From Chthoniobacter sp. (GTDB taxonomy: Bacteria; Verrucomicrobiota; Verrucomicrobiia; Chthoniobacterales; Chthoniobacteraceae), in assembly GCA_031390545.1 (NCBI GenBank), contig JANMTP010000047.1, forward strand, positions 8,930-72,929: DNA of 64,000 bases, read 5' to 3'. The notes below the pieces were generated by a model. The model saw only the letters and a list, made by a program, of their open reading frames with translations. It was not told where the DNA came from and ran no database searches. The position numbers and the translations under genes are program-made. Below, piece after piece: positions 54,031 to 62,998 of this stretch (the stretch's first letter is position 1; each line of letters begins with the position of its first letter).

Positions 54031-56355
54031 ATGATACGCCAGCGGACTCGCGGTTTGGAGAATACGCTCCTGATTTGTCAAGCATTGGTCGTTGTCCTTG
54101 CACTCTGGACTTCAATGCTCGTTGCGTTCCATTTCTTCACTGACGCCAGTCCGTTGCACTTTGATCGATATCCGCTCTATGGCGCCGTCTTAATTCTGGG
54201 TTTGTTCATGGAAGCGATCAGCCGGGATCCCGAGAGGAAGACGTTCAACTTATTCAGGCTCAACATTTTCGATCAGCATCAGTTAACTGTCCGGCAAACT
54301 GTGTTTGTTGCCGGAACACTATTTCTCTTCCTGGCAGCGGCGAAGGACGCGTTCATTTCGAGAACGGTCATGGCCATCATGATACCACTGTTGTATTTTG
54401 CGCTGTTCGGCTCCAATTGGTTTCTTCCGCGTTTTCTTGCCAGACGCGTCTTTGGTAATAACCGGATCGAACGGGCGCTTTTGATCGGCTCAGGGCACGA
54501 GGCACCGCGCCTGCAGTCTTGGCTGAGGGAAAAGGCAGATTTTGGGTTTCGGACGGTAGGGATTGTTAGTTCCGAAATGCATTCAGATACTCGGGGATTG
54601 CCTTGGTTGGGAGAGCGTCGTGATCTGGGGAAAATTTTAGCCGACTACCGAATCACCCAAGTAATCCTTCTTGAGTTCCCAGCGTCGCCGGAAGATCACG
54701 AACAGCTCGTCGAAATTTTGGAGAACCACGGGGCGCGGCTGCTGATACTGAGCAACTTGGAGGAAAAATTACGGCACCGAGCTGTGCATTTCGAGGACTC
54801 CGGCCTTGAGTTTATTGCGCCGCGTGCAGAACCCTTGGAAGACCCGTTGAACCGCGCATTAAAGCGCGTCATGGATTTGATGCTGGCGATTCCAGTCGTC
54901 GTTCTCGTTCTGCCGGTCCTGTCTGTTTTCTTCTTGCTCGTGCATAGGCTTCAATCTCCTGGACCGCTGTTTTTCCGGCAGGTCCGAGCGGGAATTCAGA
55001 ATAGGAAATTTGCGATTCTCAAGTTCAGGACGATGCATGTCAGCGATATCGACGAGAACCTCCAGGCTACGCGGGGAGACGCGAGAGTCTTTCCCGCAGG
55101 CCATTGGCTTCGTCGAATGAGTCTGGATGAGATTCCGCAATTTTGGAACGTGATTGTGGGGGAGATGAGTGTCTGTGGACCCCGGCCGCACCTCCTTGAC
55201 CACAATGTCGAATTTGCACGTAAGATGCGGCGGTATCACCTAAGGACCTTTGTTAAACCGGGCATTACGGGTCTTGCCCAAGTTCGCGGTTTCCGTGGCG
55301 AGATCCAAAGTGTGGCTGACATTGAGCAGCGGTTGGAATCTGATATTCAATATTTCGAGAACTGGCGCCTTTCGCTAGACTTGGCAATCGTCTTTCGGAC
55401 GGCCCTTCAGGTTTTACTCTTCGCTGGCGTTCGATTAATCCGGGGCCGCGAAGACGATCACAAAAGCGAGACGTCTGCTGCACCACTATCTGTGGAGGGC
55501 AGGAGCCATTCGGGGGAAGCTGCTTATGTTTGTGAACATGCCCGCCGCAATTTCCGCCAAATTCTTGGAGTCCGGTTTTTTGTGGGTACGGCCGAAGAGG
55601 CCGTTACTCTCGGAATGAAAGGGGGGCTTGTTGTTGCCCCCTCTGCTCCCGTATTGCTCAAACTAGAGATTGATCGTATTCACCGTGCCGCTGTTCAAGG
55701 AAGTGCATTGGCGATTACGGATAGTGGATTGATGGTTTTGTTATGGCAATTGCTGACCGGCGAGAAAATCAATCGTGTCTCAGGCCTCGAATATTTAAGG
55801 TTGTTGTTGGATCAACCGCAGTTGCGAGTTGCCGGGGCAACATTTTGGGTAATGCCCAGCCACGCCGCCATGGCCCACAACCTTGCGTGGCTTCAGCAGC
55901 AGGGCTTTGCTGTGTCTCCTGACGATTGCTACATCGCTCCAGACTATTCAAAAAGCGTTGACGGAAGAGTTGTGGACCCAGACCTTACGCAGCTTCTCTC
56001 AATTCGGCGTCCGCTCCATGTCATCATGGCCATTGGTGGCGGTGTTCAAGAAAAGCTCGGTGCAGAATTGTTAAGCAAGCTCGCCTTCCGCCCTGCCGTT
56101 CACTGCACGGGTGCTGCAATCGGGTTTCTGAGCGGAGAGCAGGCCGGGATTCCTATGTGGGCGGATCGATGCCGGCTCGGATGGCTATTCCGGTGTCTCC
56201 ACGAGCCGGCCAAGTTTCTGCCTCGCTACTGGGATGCTCGCAGACTACTAAGTCTGATGCTGTATTATCACGGTCGGCTTCCTGACAATGGGCCTCCGAT
56301 GACCCGCGTTAGCGGCGCGGTTGAGTCACTGGCTAATGCGCGCCCGGGATCATGA
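54031..56355 (+). CDS. Polyprenyl-phosphate sugar phosphotransferase (Bac_transf, WbaP/EpsB-like) fused to a WecB/TagA/CpsF (GT26) glycosyltransferase domain
   Basis: 4-5 N-terminal TM segments. KRVMDLMLAIP...LFFRQVRAG...KFRTM...SLDEIPQFWNVIVGEMSVCGPRP is the PGT core. The C-terminal ~260 aa (ITDSGLMVLLW...RVSGLEYL...IMAIGGGVQEKLG...GAAIGFLSGEQAGIPMWADRCRLGWLFRCLHEPAKFLPRY) match GT26. Confidence 0.8.
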   Translation: MIRQRTRGLENTLLICQALVVVLALWTSMLVAFHFFTDASPLHFDRYPLYGAVLILGLFMEAISRDPERKTFNLFRLNIFDQHQLTVRQTVFVAGTLFLFLAAAKDAFISRTVMAIMIPLLYFALFGSNWFLPRFLARRVFGNNRIERALLIGSGHEAPRLQSWLREKADFGFRTVGIVSSEMHSDTRGLPWLGERRDLGKILADYRITQVILLEFPASPEDHEQLVEILENHGARLLILSNLEEKLRHRAVHFEDSGLEFIAPRAEPLEDPLNRALKRVMDLMLAIPVVVLVLPVLSVFFLLVHRLQSPGPLFFRQVRAGIQNRKFAILKFRTMHVSDIDENLQATRGDARVFPAGHWLRRMSLDEIPQFWNVIVGEMSVCGPRPHLLDHNVEFARKMRRYHLRTFVKPGITGLAQVRGFRGEIQSVADIEQRLESDIQYFENWRLSLDLAIVFRTALQVLLFAGVRLIRGREDDHKSETSAAPLSVEGRSHSGEAAYVCEHARRNFRQILGVRFFVGTAEEAVTLGMKGGLVVAPSAPVLLKLEIDRIHRAAVQGSALAITDSGLMVLLWQLLTGEKINRVSGLEYLRLLLDQPQLRVAGATFWVMPSHAAMAHNLAWLQQQGFAVSPDDCYIAPDYSKSVDGRVVDPDLTQLLSIRRPLHVIMAIGGGVQEKLGAELLSKLAFRPAVHCTGAAIGFLSGEQAGIPMWADRCRLGWLFRCLHEPAKFLPRYWDARRLLSLMLYYHGRLPDNGPPMTRVSGAVESLANARPGS

Positions 56356-56389
56356 AATGGATGGCCGGCCAATCAAGGCGCAACGCCCA

Positions 56390-57703
56390 ATGGCAAAACT
56401 GTGCTCCTTGTTAAACCAGCATCTTTTTCTCGTCCTAGCCATGTTTGCGATTTGCACGTCAGAGTCTGCCGGGGAGGAAGTACAGAACTCGTCTACGCTA
56501 AAAATAGGGCGCTTTACATTGAATCTCGAGGGTTCTTTGAACATGGAATTCAATAGCAATATCAACGCAACGTCGATAGACCCGATCGAGGATATCGTCC
56601 TCACTCCGGAGCTGGGTATTGCGGTTGCATGGCCGATTTCTAATTCCAATAAACTCAGCTTTCGCAGTACGATTGGCTATTCAAAGTACCTCAACAACCC
56701 TCAGTTCGATCGACCATCCCTAACGCTTTCGCCGGACTCCGCGTTGAGCTTTAGGCTTCATGTGGGTGAAGTTCTAATCGAATTTCACGATTCGTTTGCG
56801 CTCACCAGTGATACGAGTACTGAAGCTGCACTGAGTGGGGTCGTCTCCCTCCCACGCTTCGAAAACACCATTGGGTTTGCGATTATTTTTGACCTCAACC
56901 AAGCGGTTGTGTCCTTGGGGTATGATCATTACAACTTTTTGGTTGTCGGATCTGCTGCCTCTGGAGACGGAACCGAGTCAAAGGACCTTAGTAGTTTGAA
57001 CTATAGGACCGAACGGGTCTCTGCGTCGGCCGTGCTCTCCGTGGGTCCGGCGGTTCGTTTGGGCGTTCAAGCGTCCGCCGCGGACACCCGTTACCAGGAT
57101 GCGGTGACAAATAATTACGCAACCTTTAGCGTTGGCCCTTCTATTCAATATCAATTAACCCGATTCACGGAACTTCAGGCAACATTCGGCTTAGTGGGAT
57201 ACTCGACAAAAGCTGGTGAATCTCTCTCCGTGACACAAATCACAGCTCAGCCGGACGGATCATTCGCCGCACAAACTGTCAACGTTCCCGGTCGTGAAGG
57301 AGGCGTGGATCTCGGCTCTTACGCGAGTCTCGCCATCGGCAATCGACTGAACCGATATTACACGCAAAGCATTTCTATCGGACATGAGGATCGATCCGAC
57401 CCGTTTTCCGGACGCACCCAAACAAATTCTGCGAGTTACGCTTCAAATTGGGCTCTCGGTAGGCGCATTTCACTTGGTCTGAATTTGTTCGTGCAGGATA
57501 TCAAAAGTGTTGAGGGAGGCGGTGTCGGAGTGGCGGGTGCTTCCGACTACCGGCGTTTTGGTGGGGCAATCACTGCTGTTTACGCGATCAGTGATCGTTT
57601 TAACGTAGGCCTTTCGTTCAGCTTTATTAAACAAGAGTCGGATACCCCATCCGCCGCCTATGACCAAAACCGAGCCTCGGTACGGGTCGGATACCGCTTT
57701 TGA
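56390..57703 (+). CDS. Putative outer-membrane beta-barrel protein of the EPS export locus
   Basis: Signal peptide. Alternating amphipathic strands throughout. C-terminal ...ASVRVGYRF (terminal Phe, typical of OMPs). An alternative start is at 56357. Confidence 0.55.
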   Translation: MAKLCSLLNQHLFLVLAMFAICTSESAGEEVQNSSTLKIGRFTLNLEGSLNMEFNSNINATSIDPIEDIVLTPELGIAVAWPISNSNKLSFRSTIGYSKYLNNPQFDRPSLTLSPDSALSFRLHVGEVLIEFHDSFALTSDTSTEAALSGVVSLPRFENTIGFAIIFDLNQAVVSLGYDHYNFLVVGSAASGDGTESKDLSSLNYRTERVSASAVLSVGPAVRLGVQASAADTRYQDAVTNNYATFSVGPSIQYQLTRFTELQATFGLVGYSTKAGESLSVTQITAQPDGSFAAQTVNVPGREGGVDLGSYASLAIGNRLNRYYTQSISIGHEDRSDPFSGRTQTNSASYASNWALGRRISLGLNLFVQDIKSVEGGGVGVAGASDYRRFGGAITAVYAISDRFNVGLSFSFIKQESDTPSAAYDQNRASVRVGYRF

Positions 57704-57722
57704 TGCCATACACGATCTACTT

Positions 57723-58469
57723 ATGAACCTTCCCTATTCTCTCCACAGCCTTCTTTTTCAAACCCCATGGAAATCAGTTGTGATCGGAATGTTCGTGACC
57801 TTCTACTGGTGTTCTCTTTCGGTGGCTCAGAACAGCTCAGGGGCCAGCAGTGCATTTGAAAGTCGCACTCAAACAGCGGACGCTGCGCCTCTCGTTGCCC
57901 CTACGACTAGCACGGTAGCTTTGACTACTTCCATGGAGGTTCTTAATAACTCGGTCAAATTGGGAATTGGGGACCGTATTAGTTTTCGCATCGTCGAGGA
58001 AGCGCGCGCCCCAATCGGGCTGATTGTTACTGATTCCGGAGAAATGGAAGTACCCCTGATCGGGAGGGTGATGGCCAAGGGCAAAACGTGCAAACAACTG
58101 GCCTACGCACTCAAGCCGATACTGGAGAAGGAATACTTTCACACCGCGACTGTCATTCTTGGGGTCGACGGCATCAGTTTGCGCTCTCGTGGGAAGGTAT
58201 ATATCACGGGCCAAGTGCGGGCGCAGGGGCCGCTGGAGATCCCGCCGGACGAAATGTTGACCGTGAGCAAGGCAATTCTGAAAGCCGGAGGATTCTTGGA
58301 GTTTGCCAATCGAAAAAAAGTTAAGTTAGTGCGCAAGACTGTGGAGGGGCAGACGCAGACTACTTTGGTTGACCTACATGAAATTTTGGAGCGAGGGAAG
58401 CTAGAGAAAGATCCCGTGTTGGAACCGGGTGACTTAATTAATGTTCCGGAGCGTTTGATAAATTTCTAA
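57723..58469 (+). CDS. Polysaccharide export protein (Wza-like: Poly_export + SLBB)
   Basis: LGIGDRISFRIVEE...VTDSGEMEVPLIG and GKVYITGQVRAQGPLEIP...LTVSKAILKAGG...PGDLINVPER. Confidence 0.8.
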   Translation: MNLPYSLHSLLFQTPWKSVVIGMFVTFYWCSLSVAQNSSGASSAFESRTQTADAAPLVAPTTSTVALTTSMEVLNNSVKLGIGDRISFRIVEEARAPIGLIVTDSGEMEVPLIGRVMAKGKTCKQLAYALKPILEKEYFHTATVILGVDGISLRSRGKVYITGQVRAQGPLEIPPDEMLTVSKAILKAGGFLEFANRKKVKLVRKTVEGQTQTTLVDLHEILERGKLEKDPVLEPGDLINVPERLINF

Positions 58470-60569
58470 ATGATTACTGACAAAACAAAGGATGGGTCGA
58501 TTTCTTCGCTCTGGGCGGGCGTTCGTCTCCAATGTGGGCGTTACTTGGACCTGTTGCGGCGGCGGTGGTGGCTTCTGTTCTTAACCGTCAGCCTTGGTTT
58601 GTGCGGAGCGGCCTGGTATGTTTCTCAGCAGCCCCCTGCCTTTCTGTCAATTGGGCGCCTGATGGTGAGCGGACAGATCCGTATTAATGAGGGCGCCCAG
58701 TATAGTGAGGAGCTTTTCAACTTTTTCGGGACGCAGATGGAATTGATGCAGAGTAGCGAGGTTCGTCAGCGTGCGCACAAGCGGGTGCAGGCGTTGCATG
58801 CCGATTTGCCGCGCGAGGAAGTTAAACTCGAGGTTGGCCAGGTTCCTCGCGCTTCTATCTTCATCATGCGCGGTCTTGGAACGTCGCAAAAATATACACA
58901 AGCCTATCTCGATGCCTGTATGGACGAATACATCGCCACGAAAAAGCAGATGCGTTCACAAAAGTCGGAATCCACAGCAGGGGCTCTTGGAGACGAGTTG
59001 GTGCAGTTGGAAAAAGAAATGCAAAAGGACGAGGACTCAGCGCATGAATTTCAGAAGGAAAACAATATCGGATTCCTGCGTGAAGAGGGTAATAGCGCCG
59101 GGCTTTATCTAACGAAGGTCAATCGCCAACTGGCGGATTTGCGCACTGAACACGACCTTTTGGCTCTCCTGGATCTGGATCAGAATATAGGCCGACAGCC
59201 TCTTTCCTCGACGGCTGCCGGAGATACCAATACCAGCCCCCAGGAAGCGTGGATGGCGAGCTTTGGCCCATTAGCTGAGTATCAGAGGACGAAGCAGAAA
59301 ATTGAGGAGTTGAATACGGAGCGGGCGGATCTTGCCAAGAAACTTCGCCCCAAACACCCGTCGATGCTCGCGCTAGCGGAGCAAATCGCCAAGGGCGAGG
59401 CGCTTCTCGAAAGCCATCGAAAACAGAGCGTCGAAGCTCTCAAGACCCGGCGTGAAGCGATCAAACTTCAAGTCCAGAATCTGGAGGCGACTTCGAAACA
59501 ATGGGAAACCAAAGCTATCGAAAGCAGTCGCCGGATCGCTGACTTTGACAAGATCCGATCAAAACAAGAACGGACGAAAGCTCAATATGATCGGCTGTTG
59601 ACCAGTCTCCACAGTGTTGACGTAACCAAACGCGTCGATCAGGACATGATTTCAATTCTGGATAAGGCGTCTGTTCCCATATCCACGCGGCCTGGTTTGG
59701 AGATCATCATGGCCACGGGATTCGCCATCGGCGCGGTCGTGGGGTTGGCGATTCTGTTCATTCTCGACAAACTGGATGACCGCATCGGCTCGTTCATGGA
59801 AATCCGTGCAAACTTCACTGAGAGCCTTCTCGGTCAGATTCCGAGAGAGGTAGCGAAGGGAGGGGTGGGGCTACTAGTGCCGAATGACACCCGGCATTCT
59901 CTCCTTGAGTCGTTTCGGACACTGCGATCATCACTCATTTTCCTCCCTGTGGAACACGAGCGTCCGAAAACCTTCTTGATCACGAGCGCCACGCCGGGCG
60001 AAGGCAAAACGACGATCGCTTCGAATCTTGCCATTTCTTTGGCCTTCTCAGGCGCAAAAACTCTCCTGATTGATGCTGACCTTCGGCGCGGACGGCTCCA
60101 CGAACTCTTCAATGTTGCTGCAGAAGATCTGCCGGGCTTTTCTGCAGTCCTTCAGCAACGAATCAACTGGCAGGATGCAATCGTTCCCACTTCCACTCCC
60201 AATCTGATGCTTCTACCCCGCGGAAAGACCCTTGCTCATCCTGGAGAACATTTTCTTGGAAAAGTTACAGATCAATTTCTCCAGGATATCTACAAGCACT
60301 TTGAATATATCATCTTCGATAGTGCTCCGGTGATGGCAGCAGACGACGCTTTGAGCCTCGCTCCGAAAATCGACGGTACAATTTTCATCGTCCGGTTTGC
60401 CGTTTCCTCAGTCCGAAGCACCCGAAAATCGATGGAACTGCTCACCCAGCGGCGCGTTAACCTGCTGGGACTCGTCTGCAATGACGTTAAGCTCTCCGAA
60501 TCAGAATATGGCTACGGTTACTACTACGATTACAAGAGCCACGAAAAGGAAGTCGGTACTGGAGCGTAG
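58470..60569 (+). CDS. Polysaccharide co-polymerase / BY-kinase (Wzc/GumC-like chain-length determinant + tyrosine autokinase)
   Basis: Wzz-type N-terminus with 2 TM segments and a long coiled coil. Walker A SATPGEGKTT, A' LLIDADLRRG, B YIIFDSAPV. Tyr cluster YGYGYYYDY at the C-terminus. Confidence 0.9.
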   Translation: MITDKTKDGSISSLWAGVRLQCGRYLDLLRRRWWLLFLTVSLGLCGAAWYVSQQPPAFLSIGRLMVSGQIRINEGAQYSEELFNFFGTQMELMQSSEVRQRAHKRVQALHADLPREEVKLEVGQVPRASIFIMRGLGTSQKYTQAYLDACMDEYIATKKQMRSQKSESTAGALGDELVQLEKEMQKDEDSAHEFQKENNIGFLREEGNSAGLYLTKVNRQLADLRTEHDLLALLDLDQNIGRQPLSSTAAGDTNTSPQEAWMASFGPLAEYQRTKQKIEELNTERADLAKKLRPKHPSMLALAEQIAKGEALLESHRKQSVEALKTRREAIKLQVQNLEATSKQWETKAIESSRRIADFDKIRSKQERTKAQYDRLLTSLHSVDVTKRVDQDMISILDKASVPISTRPGLEIIMATGFAIGAVVGLAILFILDKLDDRIGSFMEIRANFTESLLGQIPREVAKGGVGLLVPNDTRHSLLESFRTLRSSLIFLPVEHERPKTFLITSATPGEGKTTIASNLAISLAFSGAKTLLIDADLRRGRLHELFNVAAEDLPGFSAVLQQRINWQDAIVPTSTPNLMLLPRGKTLAHPGEHFLGKVTDQFLQDIYKHFEYIIFDSAPVMAADDALSLAPKIDGTIFIVRFAVSSVRSTRKSMELLTQRRVNLLGLVCNDVKLSESEYGYGYYYDYKSHEKEVGTGA

Positions 60570-60643
60570 TTTAGCCCGATTTGTCTTACCGACATCATTG
60601 TTCGTGGAGCGAAGGTTGCAGGGATAGCGATGCAGGGGTTGGG

Positions 60644-60884
60644 ATGCGTGCGGGCCTTGATTTGTGCGAGGTCGAAATCGCTCGCGAACCCCTGCCATTT
60701 GCGCTCGGCGAGCTTCAGTGCCTCGCGGTAAAAGCGTTTCTGCGGCGTTCGCGGTCGCCGCCTCAATGGTCGAGAAATAGGCGCGCGCCACCGCAGCGGC
60801 GAGCGACTGACGGGCAAACTCGTAGTCGGCTTCGAGAGCGACGCTCTCGCTGCTGAGCGCGGCCAATCTCGTGGCTTTTGGCAA
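60644..60884 (-). pseudogene. Remnant of a TolC/NodT-family outer-membrane efflux protein gene (about 80 codons, internally frameshifted)
   Basis: Two adjacent minus-strand frames read ...LAALSSESVALEADYEFARQSLAAAVARAYFSTIEAA... and ...YREALKLAERKWQGFASDFDLAQIKA.... These match the OMF helical repeat pattern (A.Y...r.sL.aeVA.aY ... l...r...G..s.lDl.qa). There is no N- or C-terminal remainder. Confidence 0.4.
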
Positions 60885-61000
60885 AGGCGAGCCGTTCCTA
60901 GTGGCGACGGCGCTGACTGAGCCGGGGCGGAGACGGGGCGTGCCCTAAGGATGCTGGTTTCTCCTTCCCCTTGAGGAGCGGGCCTCGCACAAGTGAGGCC

Positions 61001-62497
61001 ATGTTCACCGCCCTTGTCGATCGCCTCATTGCCCGTTTTCCCCGCACTACCAAACCGCTGGTCTGGCTGCGCGCGCACCGCAAAACCCGGCGCGCGCTAT
61101 TTATTACGTTCTGCCATCTGCTCGGCGCGCTCACGTCGATCAACGCCATCCTCAACGTGCGCACCTCGCAAGGCGCGATCGCGTGGGTGGTGTCGCTCAA
61201 TACCTTCCCGTATGTCGCCGTGCCGGCGTATTGGGTTTTCGGACGGTCGGACTTCGAGGGCTACGTCACTTTGCGTCGCGCGGGCAAAGCGGAACTCACG
61301 GGGCGCCAAGGAGAGATTTCGCGCGAGGTGGAAGCGTTCCGTTCGCCCGCGGATGCGTTGCCCGCCAGTGCGCAGCTTCTGGAAAAGCTCGCCATGCTCC
61401 CGGCCACGCGCGGCAATCACGCCGAGCTGCTCATCGATGGCCAGGCCACCTTCGACGCGATCTTCGCCAGCATCGCAGAGGCGAAAGAATACGTGCTCGT
61501 GCAGTTTTACATCATCCACGACGACGGCCTCGGCCGGCGGCTCAAGGATGCGCTCATCGCGAAGGCGCGCGCCGGCGTGCGTTGCTATCTGCTCTACGAT
61601 GAACTCGGCAGCCATAAACTGCCGGAATCGTATGCGAGCGAGTTGCGCGCAGCGGGCGTGGAAGTCAGCGCCTTTAACACCCGGCAGGGTGCGACGAACA
61701 GTTTCCAGATCAATTTCCGCAACCACCGCAAGATCGTCATTGCCGATGGCCGCGAGGCCTTCGTCGGCGGGGCCAACGTGGGAGACGAATATCTCGGGCT
61801 TGATCCAAAGGTCGGGCCGTGGCGCGATACGCACGTCAAAGTCTCCGGTCCAGTCGTGCTCGCCGCGCAAGTGTCGTGGCTCGAAGACTGGCACTGGGCG
61901 ACTAAAGCCACGCCCTCCTTAAATTGGAAACCGCAGGCCGCGGCCGAGGGCGATGGCGTCGCCTTTTGCCTGCTTTCAGGGCCTGCCGATCCGTTTGAGA
62001 CCTGCACGCTTTTCTTCCTGCACGCAATTCACAGCGCGAAGAAACGCGTCTGGATCGCCAGCCCCTACTTCGTGCCCGACGAGCAGTTCATCTCCGCGCT
62101 GCAACTCGCCGCGCTGCGCGGGGTGGACGTCCGCATCCTTGTTCCGACCAAGGGTGACAGCAAGCTCGTGCAACTCTCCGGTTATACCTTCCTGCCCGAA
62201 TTGGAAAAAGCCGGGGTCCAGACGTGGCGCTACACTGCCGGCTTCCTTCACCAAAAAGCGCTGCTCGTCGATGACGTCGCCGGGATCGGGACCGCGAACT
62301 TCGACAACCGCAGCTTTCGTCTGAACTTCGAGATCACCATGCTCTTTTCGGAAGCCTCAATCGTCGCTGATGTGGAAAAGATGTTCGTCGCGGATTTCGC
62401 GCGCAGCACCCCGGCGACCGCCGCGGATTTCACCGGGCGTCCGTGGTGGTTCCGTTTGGCCGCGCGCGCGTCCCGGCTGATGGCTCCGGTGCAGTGA
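61001..62497 (+). CDS. cls: Cardiolipin synthase (PLD superfamily, two HKD motifs)
   Basis: N-terminal TM pair. HRKIVIADGREAFVGGANVGDEY and HQKALLVDDVAGIGTANFDNRS are HKD motifs. ATG at 61001. Confidence 0.9.
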   Translation: MFTALVDRLIARFPRTTKPLVWLRAHRKTRRALFITFCHLLGALTSINAILNVRTSQGAIAWVVSLNTFPYVAVPAYWVFGRSDFEGYVTLRRAGKAELTGRQGEISREVEAFRSPADALPASAQLLEKLAMLPATRGNHAELLIDGQATFDAIFASIAEAKEYVLVQFYIIHDDGLGRRLKDALIAKARAGVRCYLLYDELGSHKLPESYASELRAAGVEVSAFNTRQGATNSFQINFRNHRKIVIADGREAFVGGANVGDEYLGLDPKVGPWRDTHVKVSGPVVLAAQVSWLEDWHWATKATPSLNWKPQAAAEGDGVAFCLLSGPADPFETCTLFFLHAIHSAKKRVWIASPYFVPDEQFISALQLAALRGVDVRILVPTKGDSKLVQLSGYTFLPELEKAGVQTWRYTAGFLHQKALLVDDVAGIGTANFDNRSFRLNFEITMLFSEASIVADVEKMFVADFARSTPATAADFTGRPWWFRLAARASRLMAPVQ

Positions 62498-62568
62498 AGC
62501 GCACTTAATAACAGCGATTCGTCCTCCGCTTCAACGCGGTGGGAACGGCGCGAAGTGCAAGGCGGCGA

Positions 62569-62985
62569 CTAAGTCACGATCACATAGACCGTGGCGCCCT
62601 CATACATGACGGCGCGGTAATAGACTCCGCCGACGAAGTAGCAGTTGTAGCCACCGTACATGACGCGGCGATATCCGACGGGCACGGTGTGGATGTAACC
62701 CCGGGGCAGCGGACGCCTCGCCACGGCCACGCCATTGTCGCCCGCGACGACCGCGCCACGGCGGCCGACGGCGGCAACGCCATTGTCGGTCGCCACCGCT
62801 GCACCGCGACGCGTCACGGCGCCGGAACTGTTCTCGCCCGACCAGGCCACGCCGCGCGGGGTCCGGACAGCGGTTCCGCGATCGCCGCTCACGCCGTAGG
62901 CGCGACGTTGCGCCTGGGCGTCGCTGGTGCCGACGGTCAAAACCGCGGCCGTGAGGAGGGGAAGGAGGTAGCTAGGTAGTTTCAT
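62569..62985 (-). CDS. Small secreted protein with tandem RRGAxVAxDNGVA repeats and a Tyr/Gly-rich C-terminus (hypothetical)
   Basis: Signal peptide MKLPSYLLPLLTAAVLTVGTSDAQA. Repeats and the C-terminal YGGYNCYFVGGVYYRAVMYEG were read from the translation. Confidence 0.45.
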   Translation of the reverse strand: MKLPSYLLPLLTAAVLTVGTSDAQAQRRAYGVSGDRGTAVRTPRGVAWSGENSSGAVTRRGAAVATDNGVAAVGRRGAVVAGDNGVAVARRPLPRGYIHTVPVGYRRVMYGGYNCYFVGGVYYRAVMYEGATVYVIVT

Positions 62986-62998
62986 GGAAGTAGGTGAG

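Noticed and set aside
53849-54034. A 61-aa ORF upstream of the PGT-GT26 gene.
   Set aside because: It has no motif or signal, and it lies in the promoter/leader region. It is most likely non-coding.
56390-57703. The OM beta-barrel gene as the missing TpsB partner of the giant exoprotein.
   Set aside because: It is about 440 aa with no recognisable POTRA region or ShlB-type motifs. It is embedded between the PGT and Wza genes 17 kb away, so it fits an EPS-locus barrel better.
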